DNA of 64,000 bases from Bacteroidaceae bacterium (GTDB taxonomy: Bacteria > Bacteroidota > Bacteroidia > Bacteroidales > Barnesiellaceae_A), in contig JAGBHF010000089.1 in assembly GCA_017935645.1 (NCBI GenBank), forward strand, positions 914-64,913, read 5' to 3'. The notes beneath the pieces are model-generated. The model worked only from the letters and a program-made list of their open reading frames with translations. It did no database searches and was not told the origin of the DNA. Position 1 is the stretch's first letter. Each line of letters starts with the position of its first letter. Position numbers and translations under genes: made by a program. Below, piece by piece: positions 36,578 through 46,478 of the stretch.

Positions 36578-38986
36578 ATGCTAAAAAAACTATTACTTCT
36601 GGTCACAGCAGCCATAATATTGACTTCGTGCGAACGCATTGAAAACATAGAAAGCGACATTGATGATTTGCAAAATCGCCTTGACAGCCTCGAACTACGC
36701 ATTACTGATGTAGAAAATGCAGTAGAAGTATTTGAGGGATTACATGCCAACGGAGCACTTATCAACAGCGTAGAGCCGTCGGACGAACAAGCCGGCAGCT
36801 GGGTAATCACACTATCGGACGGCAGGGTAATGCAGGTATATAACGGCGACCCCAAGAGTCACACTCCCTACCTAAAGATTGACCAAGACGGATATTGGTG
36901 CTTATCGTATGACAACGGAGCTACCTTTACCCGCATTATGGACAATAATGGCGAACATGTAAAGGCCCCTGTTGCCATGTATGTCACTACCGACGAGGAG
37001 GGTTATTATATCTTTGTGATACACTATGCCAACGACCCCGAGAATATTATTGACATCATCCAAACGCCTCACACCTCCGATCCCTCCAAAATTATACACT
37101 CTATCACACAGAGCGATATTGATCACTCCATAACCATTACCATGGCCGATGGCAGTAGCTTTACATTTAACAAAGAGTATATCATGCCCACCGGTATAGC
37201 CATACTTGCCACCCGACCCGTACTATTGGCTACAGGCACAACCGCAAGCATAGAGTTTCGCGTAAATCCGTCTAATGCACTATTCAACTATGACATTACA
37301 TCCGACTCGTGCCAGATAGAACTTGATTGTATAACAACACGTGCCGGCTCTTATGTAACTGCGCCCACCAACTACAAGTTGAGCAAGGTCGAGCAAGTAT
37401 ACAACGAACAAGGTATCATGAAAGAGGGACAATACCGGGCATACATCGAGGACCTTAATGTATCGACTCTTTATGACGAAGATGCCGCCTTGGTACTCTC
37501 GGTAGCCAACTCGACAGGAACACCGGTACAGATATCATCCTCATCATTCGGCATCAAGTATGCGGGCAACATCTTCACCTCGTTCTCATTCCTTAAGGAA
37601 CACAACCCATCGCTATCAGAAGATATTCACATTACCTTCAACAGCAACAACTGTCGTCGACAATTTATCCCCTACAACATCAACTTGGGCAAACTTGTCG
37701 CCACATTTGAGACCAATGGAGAGAAGGTATTGGCAAACAATATAGAACAGATAAGCGAAATAACCACCAACGACTTCAGCATACCTGTTACATACACGAT
37801 TATATCGTCAACCGGCGAAACCAATCGATATACCTTGGAGATTGCCACATCGGAACTCCCCGTATTGTATATCAATACGCCCGACCAAGCCGCTATTCCC
37901 GACAAATATCACGATTGGTTGAGCGACTGCGACATGCGCCTGTACAACAGCGATGGCAGCATCGACTATGAAGGTACAACCAATATAAGAGGTCGTGGCA
38001 ACTCAACATGGAACTATGCAAAGAAACCTTATGCGCTGAAATTGGATAGCAAAGCCTCGATATTGGGCATGCCCAAGCACAAACGTTGGGTATTGTTGGC
38101 CAACTATCTCGACCGCACGCTATTGCGCAACCACACAGCATTCTATATATCGACACTCACCGACCTTGCATGGACACCCCGTGGCCAACACATCGAGCTG
38201 ATACTCAACGGCGAGCACCAAGGCAACTACTACCTATGTGAACAAATCAAGGTCGACGAAAATCGTGTAAACATCTGCGAAATGGAGAGTAGTGATACAA
38301 TAGGCGAATCCATCACAGGTGGATATTTGCTCGAATTAGATACCAACTTTGATGAGGTCAACCGATTTCACTCGCAAACATGCAAGCTCCCCTACATGTT
38401 TAAAGAGCCTGATGAAGATGTACTTGTCCAACAGCAGTTTGACTATATTGAGAATTACATCAACAACTTCGAGAATGAGTTATACAACAACCTCGAGGGT
38501 CGACAATGGGCATCATACATCGACTTTACCACATTCATCGACTGGTGGCTTGTACATGAACTCACCAACAATGAAGAGCCCGAGCATCCCAAGAGCACCT
38601 ATATGTATAAAGACCGCAACGATGTGCTGAAGGCCGGTCCGATATGGGACTTTGATTGGGGAACATTCACCCCCGACCGTTCGGCCGAGTACAGTTGCAT
38701 GGAAGGTCCTTTATACTACGAACAACTATTTAAGGATGCCGAGTTTATAGCGCAACTCAAAGAGCGTTGGGCACTGCTCAAGCCCAAGTTTGAGACAGTC
38801 CCCGCATACATTCAGGGCGAGAGTCTCAAAATAGAGGTATCGAACAACATCAATATCGAACTGTGGCCTATCAGCGAGCGCATCAACGGCGACGAAACCA
38901 TGCCCTACAACGAAGCCGTAGCACGCATGATAGAGGCATACAACCTCAAGATACAATGGCTTGACGAGACCATAAGCAAGTTGTAA
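36578..38986 (+). CDS. CotH kinase-family lipoprotein with a long N-terminal non-catalytic region
   Basis: Lipobox 'AAIILTSC'. N-terminal coiled-coil segment. CotH-type blocks 'IRGRGNSTWNYAKKPYALKL', 'KHKRWVLLANYLDRTLLRN', 'NGEHQGNYYLCEQIKVDENRV', 'KSTYMYKD..'. Confidence 0.7.
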   Translation: MLKKLLLLVTAAIILTSCERIENIESDIDDLQNRLDSLELRITDVENAVEVFEGLHANGALINSVEPSDEQAGSWVITLSDGRVMQVYNGDPKSHTPYLKIDQDGYWCLSYDNGATFTRIMDNNGEHVKAPVAMYVTTDEEGYYIFVIHYANDPENIIDIIQTPHTSDPSKIIHSITQSDIDHSITITMADGSSFTFNKEYIMPTGIAILATRPVLLATGTTASIEFRVNPSNALFNYDITSDSCQIELDCITTRAGSYVTAPTNYKLSKVEQVYNEQGIMKEGQYRAYIEDLNVSTLYDEDAALVLSVANSTGTPVQISSSSFGIKYAGNIFTSFSFLKEHNPSLSEDIHITFNSNNCRRQFIPYNINLGKLVATFETNGEKVLANNIEQISEITTNDFSIPVTYTIISSTGETNRYTLEIATSELPVLYINTPDQAAIPDKYHDWLSDCDMRLYNSDGSIDYEGTTNIRGRGNSTWNYAKKPYALKLDSKASILGMPKHKRWVLLANYLDRTLLRNHTAFYISTLTDLAWTPRGQHIELILNGEHQGNYYLCEQIKVDENRVNICEMESSDTIGESITGGYLLELDTNFDEVNRFHSQTCKLPYMFKEPDEDVLVQQQFDYIENYINNFENELYNNLEGRQWASYIDFTTFIDWWLVHELTNNEEPEHPKSTYMYKDRNDVLKAGPIWDFDWGTFTPDRSAEYSCMEGPLYYEQLFKDAEFIAQLKERWALLKPKFETVPAYIQGESLKIEVSNNINIELWPISERINGDETMPYNEAVARMIEAYNLKIQWLDETISKL

Positions 38987-39007
38987 TAACAAATGCGATA
39001 GAACAAT

Positions 39008-39037
39008 AAAAAAATCCACCCACGGGTGGATTTTTTT
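39008..39037. terminator. Bidirectional rho-independent terminator
   Basis: AAAAAAA-TCCACCC-ACG-GGTGGA-TTTTTTT between the convergent CotH and ubiE genes. Confidence 0.75.
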
Positions 39038-39062
39038 GTAGTATTTAAGATCTACTCAACCG

Positions 39063-39794
39063 TTATTTCTCGCCCATGTAAATGGTGCAAGCACCGAAGG
39101 TGAGACGACGCAGACGGCAATTTTTGAAACCTGCCGTGCGGAATATATCGAGCATCTCCTCGCCTTGTGCTACGGCTGCCACCGAACGAGGCAGGTAGGT
39201 ATAGGCTTGCTTGTCGCGCGATACAATGCGCCCTACCAAGGGTATAATGGTGTAAGTATAGAACTTGTAGAGCTGTCGCATGGGAAAATGCTCGGGTGTA
39301 GATAACTCTATAACACACAACACACCACCGGGCGACAATACTCGATACATCTCGGCAAAACCTTGTGCCAAATTTTCAAAATTTCGCACTCCATAGGCTA
39401 CGGTGATAGCGTCGTAGCTATTGTCGGGCAACGAGAGCGAAAGGCAATCTTCGATGGCAAACGAAACTCTATCGGCAACACCGCGCTCACGCGCTTTATC
39501 GCGCGCCACAGCCAACATGCCGGCCGAGAGGTCTATACCCAACAAAGACTCGGGCTTGAGTCGTTCGTCGATAAGAAAAGCCAAGTCGCCCGTACCGGTA
39601 GCCACATCAAGCACTCGTCGAGGCTTGTATGCTCCCACCATGTCGACAGCCTTACGTCGCCAAATGGTATCGATACCGAATGTCATCATACGGTTCATTA
39701 CGTCGTAGGCCGGTGCAATAGAGTCAAACATATCGCGCACCTGACCGGTCTTAGCGGCATTCGCATCGTAAGGTTTTACCTCCTCGGCTTTCAT
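39063..39794 (-). CDS. ubiE: Demethylmenaquinone/ubiquinone C-methyltransferase UbiE/MenG
   Basis: 'MFDSIAPAYDVMNRMMTFG', 'VLDVATGTGDLA', 'FGACTIYMGEK'. Confidence 0.85.
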   Translation of the reverse strand: MKAEEVKPYDANAAKTGQVRDMFDSIAPAYDVMNRMMTFGIDTIWRRKAVDMVGAYKPRRVLDVATGTGDLAFLIDERLKPESLLGIDLSAGMLAVARDKARERGVADRVSFAIEDCLSLSLPDNSYDAITVAYGVRNFENLAQGFAEMYRVLSPGGVLCVIELSTPEHFPMRQLYKFYTYTIIPLVGRIVSRDKQAYTYLPRSVAAVAQGEEMLDIFRTAGFKNCRLRRLTFGACTIYMGEK

Positions 39795-39801
39795 ATTGCA
39801 A

Positions 39802-40749
39802 TCAACGATTTTTGAGATATTCAGTTACGTTACGTTCAATGCGAGCTGCGATATCGGCAACCTCAGCCTTCACGAACTTTTCGCCAACAATGTTCTCGTA
39901 CAACTCCACATAACGATCAGTAACACTATCGCAGTATTCAGGAGTCATTTCGGGTACGGTTTGCCCCTCTTTACCTTGGAAACCATTGGCAATAAGCCAT
40001 TGACGCACAAACTCTTTTGAGAGTTGACGTTGGTCTTCGCCCTTAGCCAAACGCTCCTCGTAACCTTCGGCATAGAAATAACGTGACGAGTCGGGGGTGT
40101 GAATCTCATCAATCAAGATGATTTTGCCATCCTTCTTACCAAACTCATACTTGGTATCAACAAGGATAAGACCCTTCTCGGCAGCTATTTCGCAACCACG
40201 TTGATAGAGGGCAAGAGTATATTTCTCCAATTGTTCATAGTCCTCACGCGACACGATACCACGCTCGATGATTTCGGCTTTCGAGATATCTTCGTCATGA
40301 CCTTCATCGGCCTTGGTTGTAGGAGTGATAATAGGTTGAGGGAACTTCTCGTTCTCACGCATACCCTCGGGCATAGGCTCGCCACAGATAGTGCGTTTAC
40401 CCTCTTTATACTCGCGCCATGCATGACCTGTAAGATAGCCACGTACCACCATTTCGACTTTGAAAGGCTCACAACGCACACCTACAGTTACCATAGGATC
40501 GGGAGTAGCCATCTTCCAGTTGGGAACAATATCGGCTGTAGCATCAAGGAACTTGGCCGCAATTTGATTCAATACTTGACCTTTATAAGGGATACCTTCG
40601 GGCAAGATAACATCAAATGCCGAGATACGGTCGCTTGCCACCATTACCAAGAGTTCGTCATCGATGTTATAAACATCACGAACCTTTCCATGATATACAC
40701 CCTTTTGTCCGGGGAAGTTAAAGTCTGTTTTTACTAATGCGTTGCTCAT
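39802..40749 (-). CDS. purC: Phosphoribosylaminoimidazole-succinocarboxamide (SAICAR) synthase
   Basis: Long-form PurC (315 aa). 'GKVRDVY', 'SDRISAFD', '[11 protein letters not shown]', '[11 protein letters not shown]'. Confidence 0.9.
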   Translation of the reverse strand: MSNALVKTDFNFPGQKGVYHGKVRDVYNIDDELLVMVASDRISAFDVILPEGIPYKGQVLNQIAAKFLDATADIVPNWKMATPDPMVTVGVRCEPFKVEMVVRGYLTGHAWREYKEGKRTICGEPMPEGMRENEKFPQPIITPTTKADEGHDEDISKAEIIERGIVSREDYEQLEKYTLALYQRGCEIAAEKGLILVDTKYEFGKKDGKIILIDEIHTPDSSRYFYAEGYEERLAKGEDQRQLSKEFVRQWLIANGFQGKEGQTVPEMTPEYCDSVTDRYVELYENIVGEKFVKAEVADIAARIERNVTEYLKNR

Positions 40750-40761
40750 AGTATAATATAT

Positions 40762-41787
40762 TTAATTGTTATTGTTTTCAGTATTTTCGTCCTTTGATTT
40801 TGACTCGGCTATTTGTGCAGCCCTTCGCTCCTCCTTCTCACGTTTGGCTTGCTCGTCGTGTTGCTCGTAAGCCTCCACAATGCGTTGTACCAACTTGTGA
40901 CGCACAATATCCTTCTTATTAAATTCGATACGACCCACACCCTTGACACGCGAGAGGATGCGCACAGCCTGTACCAATCCCGACACCTGCTGCGCCGGCA
41001 AGTCAATCTGTGTCATGTCGCCCGTAACAATCATCTTAGCATTCATACCCAGACGTGTAAGGAACATTTTCATCTGGTGGGTTGTCGTATTTTGCGCCTC
41101 ATCAAGTATGATAACAGCATCGCTGAGGGTGCGTCCACGCATGAATGCCAAGGGGGCTATTTGTATGATATTGGTCTCCATAAACTCTTTGAGTTTAAGA
41201 GGCGGAATCATATCTTGTAGGGCATCGTATAGAGGTTGCAAATAGGGGTCGATTTTATCCTTCATATCACCGGGTAAGAAACCGAGTTTTTCACCGGCCT
41301 CAACAGCGGGGCGACTCAAGATAATACGCTTTACCTCTTTGTTTTTCAACGCTTTTACAGCCAATGCTATAGCTACATAGGTTTTACCCGAGCCGGCAGG
41401 TCCCAATGCAAAAACGAGGTCGTTTTCTTCAAAGGCTTTAACGAGTTTCTGTTGATTGACCGAACGTGCTGTGATAGGCTTGCCATTAACACCGTAAATA
41501 ATAAGGTCGTCATCACGCTTAACGGTAATAGGTTTTTCGCCTTTAATGATAGTTACAATCACCTCCTCGTTGAGCGTATTATGCTCCTCACAGTAGGCTA
41601 TCAACTGCTGTATTTTCTCTTCAAACAAGGCAGTCTCCAACTCGTCGCCCATTACTTTGAGCACATTACCTCGTGCCACCAGTCGCAACTTTGGAAACAA
41701 GTTCTTCACACACTGTGTATTACAGTTATTTACTCCGTAGAATAATACAGGGTCAACCCCCTCAAGAATTATTATGCGTTCTATCAT
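40762..41787 (-). CDS. phoH: PhoH-family ATPase
   Basis: 'GPAGSGKTYVAIALAV' Walker A, 'IILDEAQN' Walker B, 'GDMTQIDLP'. Confidence 0.85.
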   Translation of the reverse strand: MIERIIILEGVDPVLFYGVNNCNTQCVKNLFPKLRLVARGNVLKVMGDELETALFEEKIQQLIAYCEEHNTLNEEVIVTIIKGEKPITVKRDDDLIIYGVNGKPITARSVNQQKLVKAFEENDLVFALGPAGSGKTYVAIALAVKALKNKEVKRIILSRPAVEAGEKLGFLPGDMKDKIDPYLQPLYDALQDMIPPLKLKEFMETNIIQIAPLAFMRGRTLSDAVIILDEAQNTTTHQMKMFLTRLGMNAKMIVTGDMTQIDLPAQQVSGLVQAVRILSRVKGVGRIEFNKKDIVRHKLVQRIVEAYEQHDEQAKREKEERRAAQIAESKSKDENTENNNN

Positions 41788-41823
41788 TTATCGTTCGTTC
41801 GGCTCTATATTTTTTTATTGTAG

Positions 41824-41935
41824 GCAAAGATAGTGAAAGGTGAGAGAAGAAAAGACAAGTTTACTTATCTTTTTTTCCGAACCGCATCCTATCTTCTACA
41901 AAGATAGCGAAAGGTGAGTGAAAAACCGTTAAAGC
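41824..41935 (-). repeat. Tandem pair (74-bp period; distal copy truncated) of the intergenic repeat family
   Basis: 41824-41883 gcaaagatagtgaaaggtgagagaagaaaagacaagtttacttatctttttttccgaacc; 41899-41935 caaagatagcgaaaggtgagtgaaaaaccgttaaagc. The spacer 'gcatcctat(c/a)ttc' is shared with the 9476-9488 spacer. Confidence 0.8.
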
Positions 41936-41953
41936 GACACATGTTTTTTTGCA

Positions 41954-43081
41954 TTACTCATGCAATAGTTTTTTTTCGCGATATTGATGATACAGCTCGG
42001 TAAGCCTCGACACTGCAAATTGCTCGACATCGGCAACAGCTACAGGGGTAAGATGCGACAAAGACGCAGGAAACGACTCAACCTCAACGGTATAAAAGGT
42101 AGCATGAATAACACGATGCGTAAGCACATGACGACAAGTGTAAGGCTGATCCACAAAAGCAATTTTGCCCACTCCATCGAATAATTTTCGATACTCTTCG
42201 GTACGCTGAATTTCGATGAAATCGGCCTCTTCGGGGGTCTCAATGAGAGGATATTCATAGAGGTTGCGCCAAATATCTTTACCCTCTCGTTTTTTCAACC
42301 AAGTAAACCCACCACAGGAAATAACAAAGTAATGAAAATAGCGCGATTTTATCGAAACTTTTCCTTGTTTCACGGGTAGTTGTGCCACTGTTCGCGAGGC
42401 GCACGCCACACATATATCCGACAATGGACAATCACTACAATCGCATGCCCCGGGTGTACATTGCAATGCGCCTAACTCCATGATAGCCTGATTGTAAAGA
42501 CCGGGGTTGTCGCGATGTAACAACGACTGAGCGAGTTGCGAAAAGTAGCGTTTACCTTGTGGTGTATCAATAGGAATATCTACACCGAAAAGACGCGACA
42601 GCACCCTATACACGTTTCCATCGACAACAGCATGAGGCAACCCGAAAGCTATAGAAGCAATGGCTGCTGCAGTGTAATCCCCCACTCCCTTGAGCGAACG
42701 AATATCCTCAAAATTCGATGGAAAGGCAGCGCCGAAACGCAATACTATATCCTTGGCGGCAGCATGCATATTGCGTGCGCGACTATAATAGCCCAATCCT
42801 TGCCAATACTTCATCACTTCATCTTCGGGCGCCATGGCAAGTTCCTTGACATTGGGAAATCTTTCGATGAAACGGAGATAATAATCATAGCCCTGTGCAA
42901 CACGGGTCTGTTGCAAGATAATCTCCGACACCCAAATACAATAAGCATCGCGTGTGGCACGCCACGGCAACTCACGCGCATGGGTAGCATACCACTGCTC
43001 AAGCCTGCTAATCAATATTTCGTTTACCTCTTCCATTCTGGTCGCAAAAATAGACATTCTATCGCGACTAATCAAGTACAA
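41954..43081 (-). CDS. mutY: A/G-specific adenine DNA glycosylase MutY
   Basis: 'LPWR...DAYCIWVSEIILQQTRV', HhH-GPD 'LKGVGDYTAAAIASIAF', 4Fe-4S 'C..C.DCPL...C.AC', NUDIX-like C-terminus. The true start may be the internal Met at 43036. Confidence 0.85.
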   Translation of the reverse strand: MYLISRDRMSIFATRMEEVNEILISRLEQWYATHARELPWRATRDAYCIWVSEIILQQTRVAQGYDYYLRFIERFPNVKELAMAPEDEVMKYWQGLGYYSRARNMHAAAKDIVLRFGAAFPSNFEDIRSLKGVGDYTAAAIASIAFGLPHAVVDGNVYRVLSRLFGVDIPIDTPQGKRYFSQLAQSLLHRDNPGLYNQAIMELGALQCTPGACDCSDCPLSDICVACASRTVAQLPVKQGKVSIKSRYFHYFVISCGGFTWLKKREGKDIWRNLYEYPLIETPEEADFIEIQRTEEYRKLFDGVGKIAFVDQPYTCRHVLTHRVIHATFYTVEVESFPASLSHLTPVAVADVEQFAVSRLTELYHQYREKKLLHE

Positions 43082-43228
43082 TATTATGTTTCGGCAAATT
43101 AATTAACGCATCGCAACACTATTCTACACTTCATTACGATTTGTTAAACCAACGGGCGTTTTAAAAGAAATATTGTTAAAACAGAGATATTTTTTAATAT
43201 AAAATTTTGCATATTCCAAATACGGCCT

Positions 43229-43236
43229 TATCTTTG
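43229..43236 (+). promoter_or_regulatory. Orphan candidate -7 promoter box (TATCTTTG) in the mutY/hutU divergent region
   Basis: Exact TAnnTTTG match, 306 nt upstream of the hutU ATG and about 46 nt upstream of the 43282-43307 hairpin. Confidence 0.35.
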
Positions 43237-43281
43237 TATCAGTTTTTTCATAGTATTAGATTGTAAAGTTTTAAAGCAACC

Positions 43282-43307
43282 CGTGAGCCGTCGTGAGACG
43301 GCTCACG
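43282..43307 (+). other. Perfect 11-bp GC-rich hairpin/palindrome with GTGA (GNRA) loop, not downstream of any gene
   Basis: CGTGAGCCGTC-GTGA-GACGGCTCACG. The flanking DNA is strongly A+T-rich. Confidence 0.6.
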
Positions 43308-43427
43308 TTGTATTATATCAGCTATAACCATCAAGACTCATGAGCAAAACAGCGCTCAACCGGCCCAATTACACATTTAATATAAAAATTTGTAGACAAA
43401 TAGGATGAATAATAGCGCAGGATTTTG

Positions 43428-43435
43428 TATATTTG
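43428..43435 (+). promoter_or_regulatory. Candidate -7 promoter box (TATATTTG) for the hut operon
   Basis: Exact TAnnTTTG match 107 nt upstream of the hutU ATG. Confidence 0.45.
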
Positions 43436-43541
43436 CACTACCACAAAAAGTGAGATAGCAAGGCAGCGGCATGAGAGCCCACAAACACAAGCTAACTCAC
43501 TCATAGACAAAGCATATAATCAATCTTAATAGACTAAAAAT

Positions 43542-45536
43542 ATGGAACTCACATTACCTAATGTATTGCCCGACTATCCTACATTTGTCGAAGGCATACG
43601 CCGTGCGCCCGACCGTGGCTACAAACTCACTCCCGAACAAACCGAAGTAGCATTGAAAAATGCATTGCGTTACATTCCTCAGGAATTGCACGCCGAGTTG
43701 GCTCCCGAGTTTATGAACGAGTTGCTTACTCGTGGTAAAATTTACGGTTATCGTTTCCGTCCTCAAGGCGACTTGAAGGCCAAATCTATCGATGAATACA
43801 AAGGAAAATGTATCGAAGGTAAAGCATTCCAAGTAATGATTGACAACAACCTTTGCTTCGACATCGCCCTCTACCCCTACGAGTTGGTAACTTACGGCGA
43901 GACCGGCCAAGTGTGTCAAAACTGGATGCAATATCGCCTCATCATGCAATATCTCGAGGAGCTCACTCAAGACCAAACATTGGTTGTTGAGTCGGGTCAT
44001 CCCCTCGGCCTCTTCAAGTCGAAACCCGATGCACCCCGCGTAATCATCACCAACTCTATGATGGTAGGTCTCTTCGACAACCAAAAGGATTGGGAGATTG
44101 CAGCACAAATGGGTGTTGCCAACTATGGCCAAATGACAGCCGGTGGTTGGATGTACATCGGTCCTCAAGGTATCGTACACGGTACATTTAATACATTATT
44201 GAATGCTGGTCGCATGAAATTGGGTGTTCCCCAAGATGGCGACTTGCGTGGTCACCTCTTCGTTTCGTCAGGTCTTGGCGGTATGAGTGGAGCTCAACCC
44301 AAGGCAGCCGACATCGCCGGTGCAGCTTCTATCATTGCCGAGGTTGACTACTCTCGCATCGTTACTCGCCACACTCAAGGTTGGGTACAACATATCACCG
44401 ATGATAAGAGCGAAGCCTTCCGCATGGCTCATGAAGCAATGGAGCGCAAGGAGCCTTGCTCTATCGCATTCCACGGTAACGTTGTAGACTTGCTCGAATA
44501 TGCAGCCGAGAACAATATACACATCGAATTGCTCAGCGACCAAACATCATGCCACGCTGTATATGAGGGTGGTTATTGCCCCGCAGGTATTTCGTTTGAG
44601 GAGCGTACACGTCTCTTGAAAGAAGACCGCGAGGAGTTCTGTCGCCAAGTAAATGCCACACTCGTGCGTCACTTCAACGTCATCAAGACATTGGTATCGC
44701 GTGGCACATACTTCTTTGACTATGGCAACGCCTTCATGAAGTCGGTATACGATGCCGGTGTAATGGAAATCTCGCGCAATGGTTACGACGAGAAAGACGG
44801 ATTCATCTGGCCCTCATACGTTGAGGATATCATGGGTCCCGAGTTGTTCGACTATGGTTATGGCCCCTTCCGTTGGGTATGTCTCAGCGGCAAGCACGAG
44901 GACTTGATAAAGACCGACAAGGCTGCTATGGAGTGCATCGACAAGAATCGTCGCGGTCAAGACCTCGATAACTGGATATGGATACGCGATGCCGAGAAAA
45001 ACAACCTCGTAGTAGGTACACAAGCTCGCATCCTCTATCAAGACGCATTGGGTCGCATGAATATCGCGCTCAAATTCAACGAAATGGTACGTAATGGTGA
45101 GGTAGGCCCCATCATGTTGGGTCGCGACCACCACGACGTAAGCGGTACCGATTCACCCTTCCGCGAAACATCAAACATCAAAGACGGCAGTAACGTAATG
45201 GCCGACATGGCTGTACAATGCTTTGCCGGTAACTGTGCCCGCGGTATGAGCCTTGTTGCATTGCACAATGGTGGTGGTGTAGGTATCGGCAAGTCTATCA
45301 ATGGTGGTTTCGGTATGGTATGCGATGGTTCGGAGCGTGTAGACGAAATATTGCGTTCGTCAATGCTCTGGGACGTTATGGGTGGTGTAGCACGTCGTTC
45401 ATGGGCTCGCAATGCTCACGCAATGGAGACAACCGACGAGTTCAACCGCACTATGCCCGGCTATGACATCACCATGCCGTACATTGCCAACGACCAATTG
45501 GTAAAAGACGTTATCAAAGAAGCATTAAAAAAATAA
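43542..45536 (+). CDS. hutU: Urocanate hydratase
   Basis: 664-aa long-form urocanase. 'GGMSGAQP', 'DQTS.H', 'GVARRSWA' blocks. hut operon context. Confidence 0.9.
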   Translation: MELTLPNVLPDYPTFVEGIRRAPDRGYKLTPEQTEVALKNALRYIPQELHAELAPEFMNELLTRGKIYGYRFRPQGDLKAKSIDEYKGKCIEGKAFQVMIDNNLCFDIALYPYELVTYGETGQVCQNWMQYRLIMQYLEELTQDQTLVVESGHPLGLFKSKPDAPRVIITNSMMVGLFDNQKDWEIAAQMGVANYGQMTAGGWMYIGPQGIVHGTFNTLLNAGRMKLGVPQDGDLRGHLFVSSGLGGMSGAQPKAADIAGAASIIAEVDYSRIVTRHTQGWVQHITDDKSEAFRMAHEAMERKEPCSIAFHGNVVDLLEYAAENNIHIELLSDQTSCHAVYEGGYCPAGISFEERTRLLKEDREEFCRQVNATLVRHFNVIKTLVSRGTYFFDYGNAFMKSVYDAGVMEISRNGYDEKDGFIWPSYVEDIMGPELFDYGYGPFRWVCLSGKHEDLIKTDKAAMECIDKNRRGQDLDNWIWIRDAEKNNLVVGTQARILYQDALGRMNIALKFNEMVRNGEVGPIMLGRDHHDVSGTDSPFRETSNIKDGSNVMADMAVQCFAGNCARGMSLVALHNGGGVGIGKSINGGFGMVCDGSERVDEILRSSMLWDVMGGVARRSWARNAHAMETTDEFNRTMPGYDITMPYIANDQLVKDVIKEALKK

Positions 45537-45575
45537 TCATAAAAAATTAACCTTATAAATACTTTTTTTAAAACT

Positions 45576-46478
45576 ATGAGTTGGAGTAAAATTATGGAGT
45601 GCGTGCCCAATTTCAGCGAGGGCCGCGACTTGGAAAAAATTGAGAAAATCGTATCGGCATTCCGCGCCAAAGAGGGTGTAAAATTGCTCGATTACAGTAA
45701 CGATACCGACCACAACCGTTGCGTTGTAACAGTTGTAGGTGAGCCCGAGGCTTTGAAAGCTGCCGTTATCGAGGCTGTTGGCAAAGCTGTTGAACTTATC
45801 GACCTCAACAAGCACGAGGGTCAACACCCCCGTATGGGTGCTGTTGACGTTGTGCCCTTCATCCCCATCAAGGGTTGCACAATGGACGATGCAGTAGCCA
45901 TGTCGAAAGAGGTAGGTGCTAAGATTGCCGAGCTCTACAATTTGCCCGTATTTTTGTATGAAAAATCAGCCTCAGCACCCTATCGTGAGAACCTTGCAGC
46001 TGTACGCAAAGGCGAGTTTGAGGGTATGGCCGAGAAGATTAAACAACCCGAATGGCATCCCGACTTCGGTCCCGCCGAGCGTCACGCTACAGCAGGTACT
46101 GTTGCAGTAGGTGCTCGCATGCCGTTGGTTGCTTTCAACATCAACCTCAACACTCCCAGCCTCGACATCGCACACAGCATCGCTAAGCGCATTCGCTTCA
46201 TCGGTGGTGGCTTGCGTTTCTGCAAAGCTATGGGTGTAGACCTCACTGAGCGTGGCATTACTCAAGTAAGTATCAACATGACCGACTATAGCAAGACAGC
46301 TCTCTATCAAGCATTCGAAATGGTAAAATACGAGGCTCGTCGTTATGGTGTAAGCATCGTAGGTAGCGAAATCATCGGTCTTGTTCCTATGGCTGCTCTT
46401 ATCGACACTGCCGAGTACTACCTCGGTATCGAGAACTTCTCGATGGACCAAGTGCTCGAGTCACGCATCATGGAATAA
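45576..46478 (+). CDS. ftcD: Glutamate formimidoyltransferase (FTCD N-terminal-type)
   Basis: 'ECVPNFSEGRD', 'HNRCVVT', 'HPRMGAVDVVPFIP'. Confidence 0.9.
   Translation: MSWSKIMECVPNFSEGRDLEKIEKIVSAFRAKEGVKLLDYSNDTDHNRCVVTVVGEPEALKAAVIEAVGKAVELIDLNKHEGQHPRMGAVDVVPFIPIKGCTMDDAVAMSKEVGAKIAELYNLPVFLYEKSASAPYRENLAAVRKGEFEGMAEKIKQPEWHPDFGPAERHATAGTVAVGARMPLVAFNINLNTPSLDIAHSIAKRIRFIGGGLRFCKAMGVDLTERGITQVSINMTDYSKTALYQAFEMVKYEARRYGVSIVGSEIIGLVPMAALIDTAEYYLGIENFSMDQVLESRIME

Noticed and set aside
43082-43541. The largest intergenic gap, checked for tmRNA, RNase P RNA, 6S RNA, SRP RNA or a riboswitch.
   Set aside because: I could not find the conserved cores I know (for example the GAGGAAAGUCC-type P4 region of RNase P, a tRNA-like tmRNA end, or an SRP domain IV motif). 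Apart from one hairpin, the region is unstructured A/T-rich DNA. Only the promoter-plus-hairpin observation was kept.
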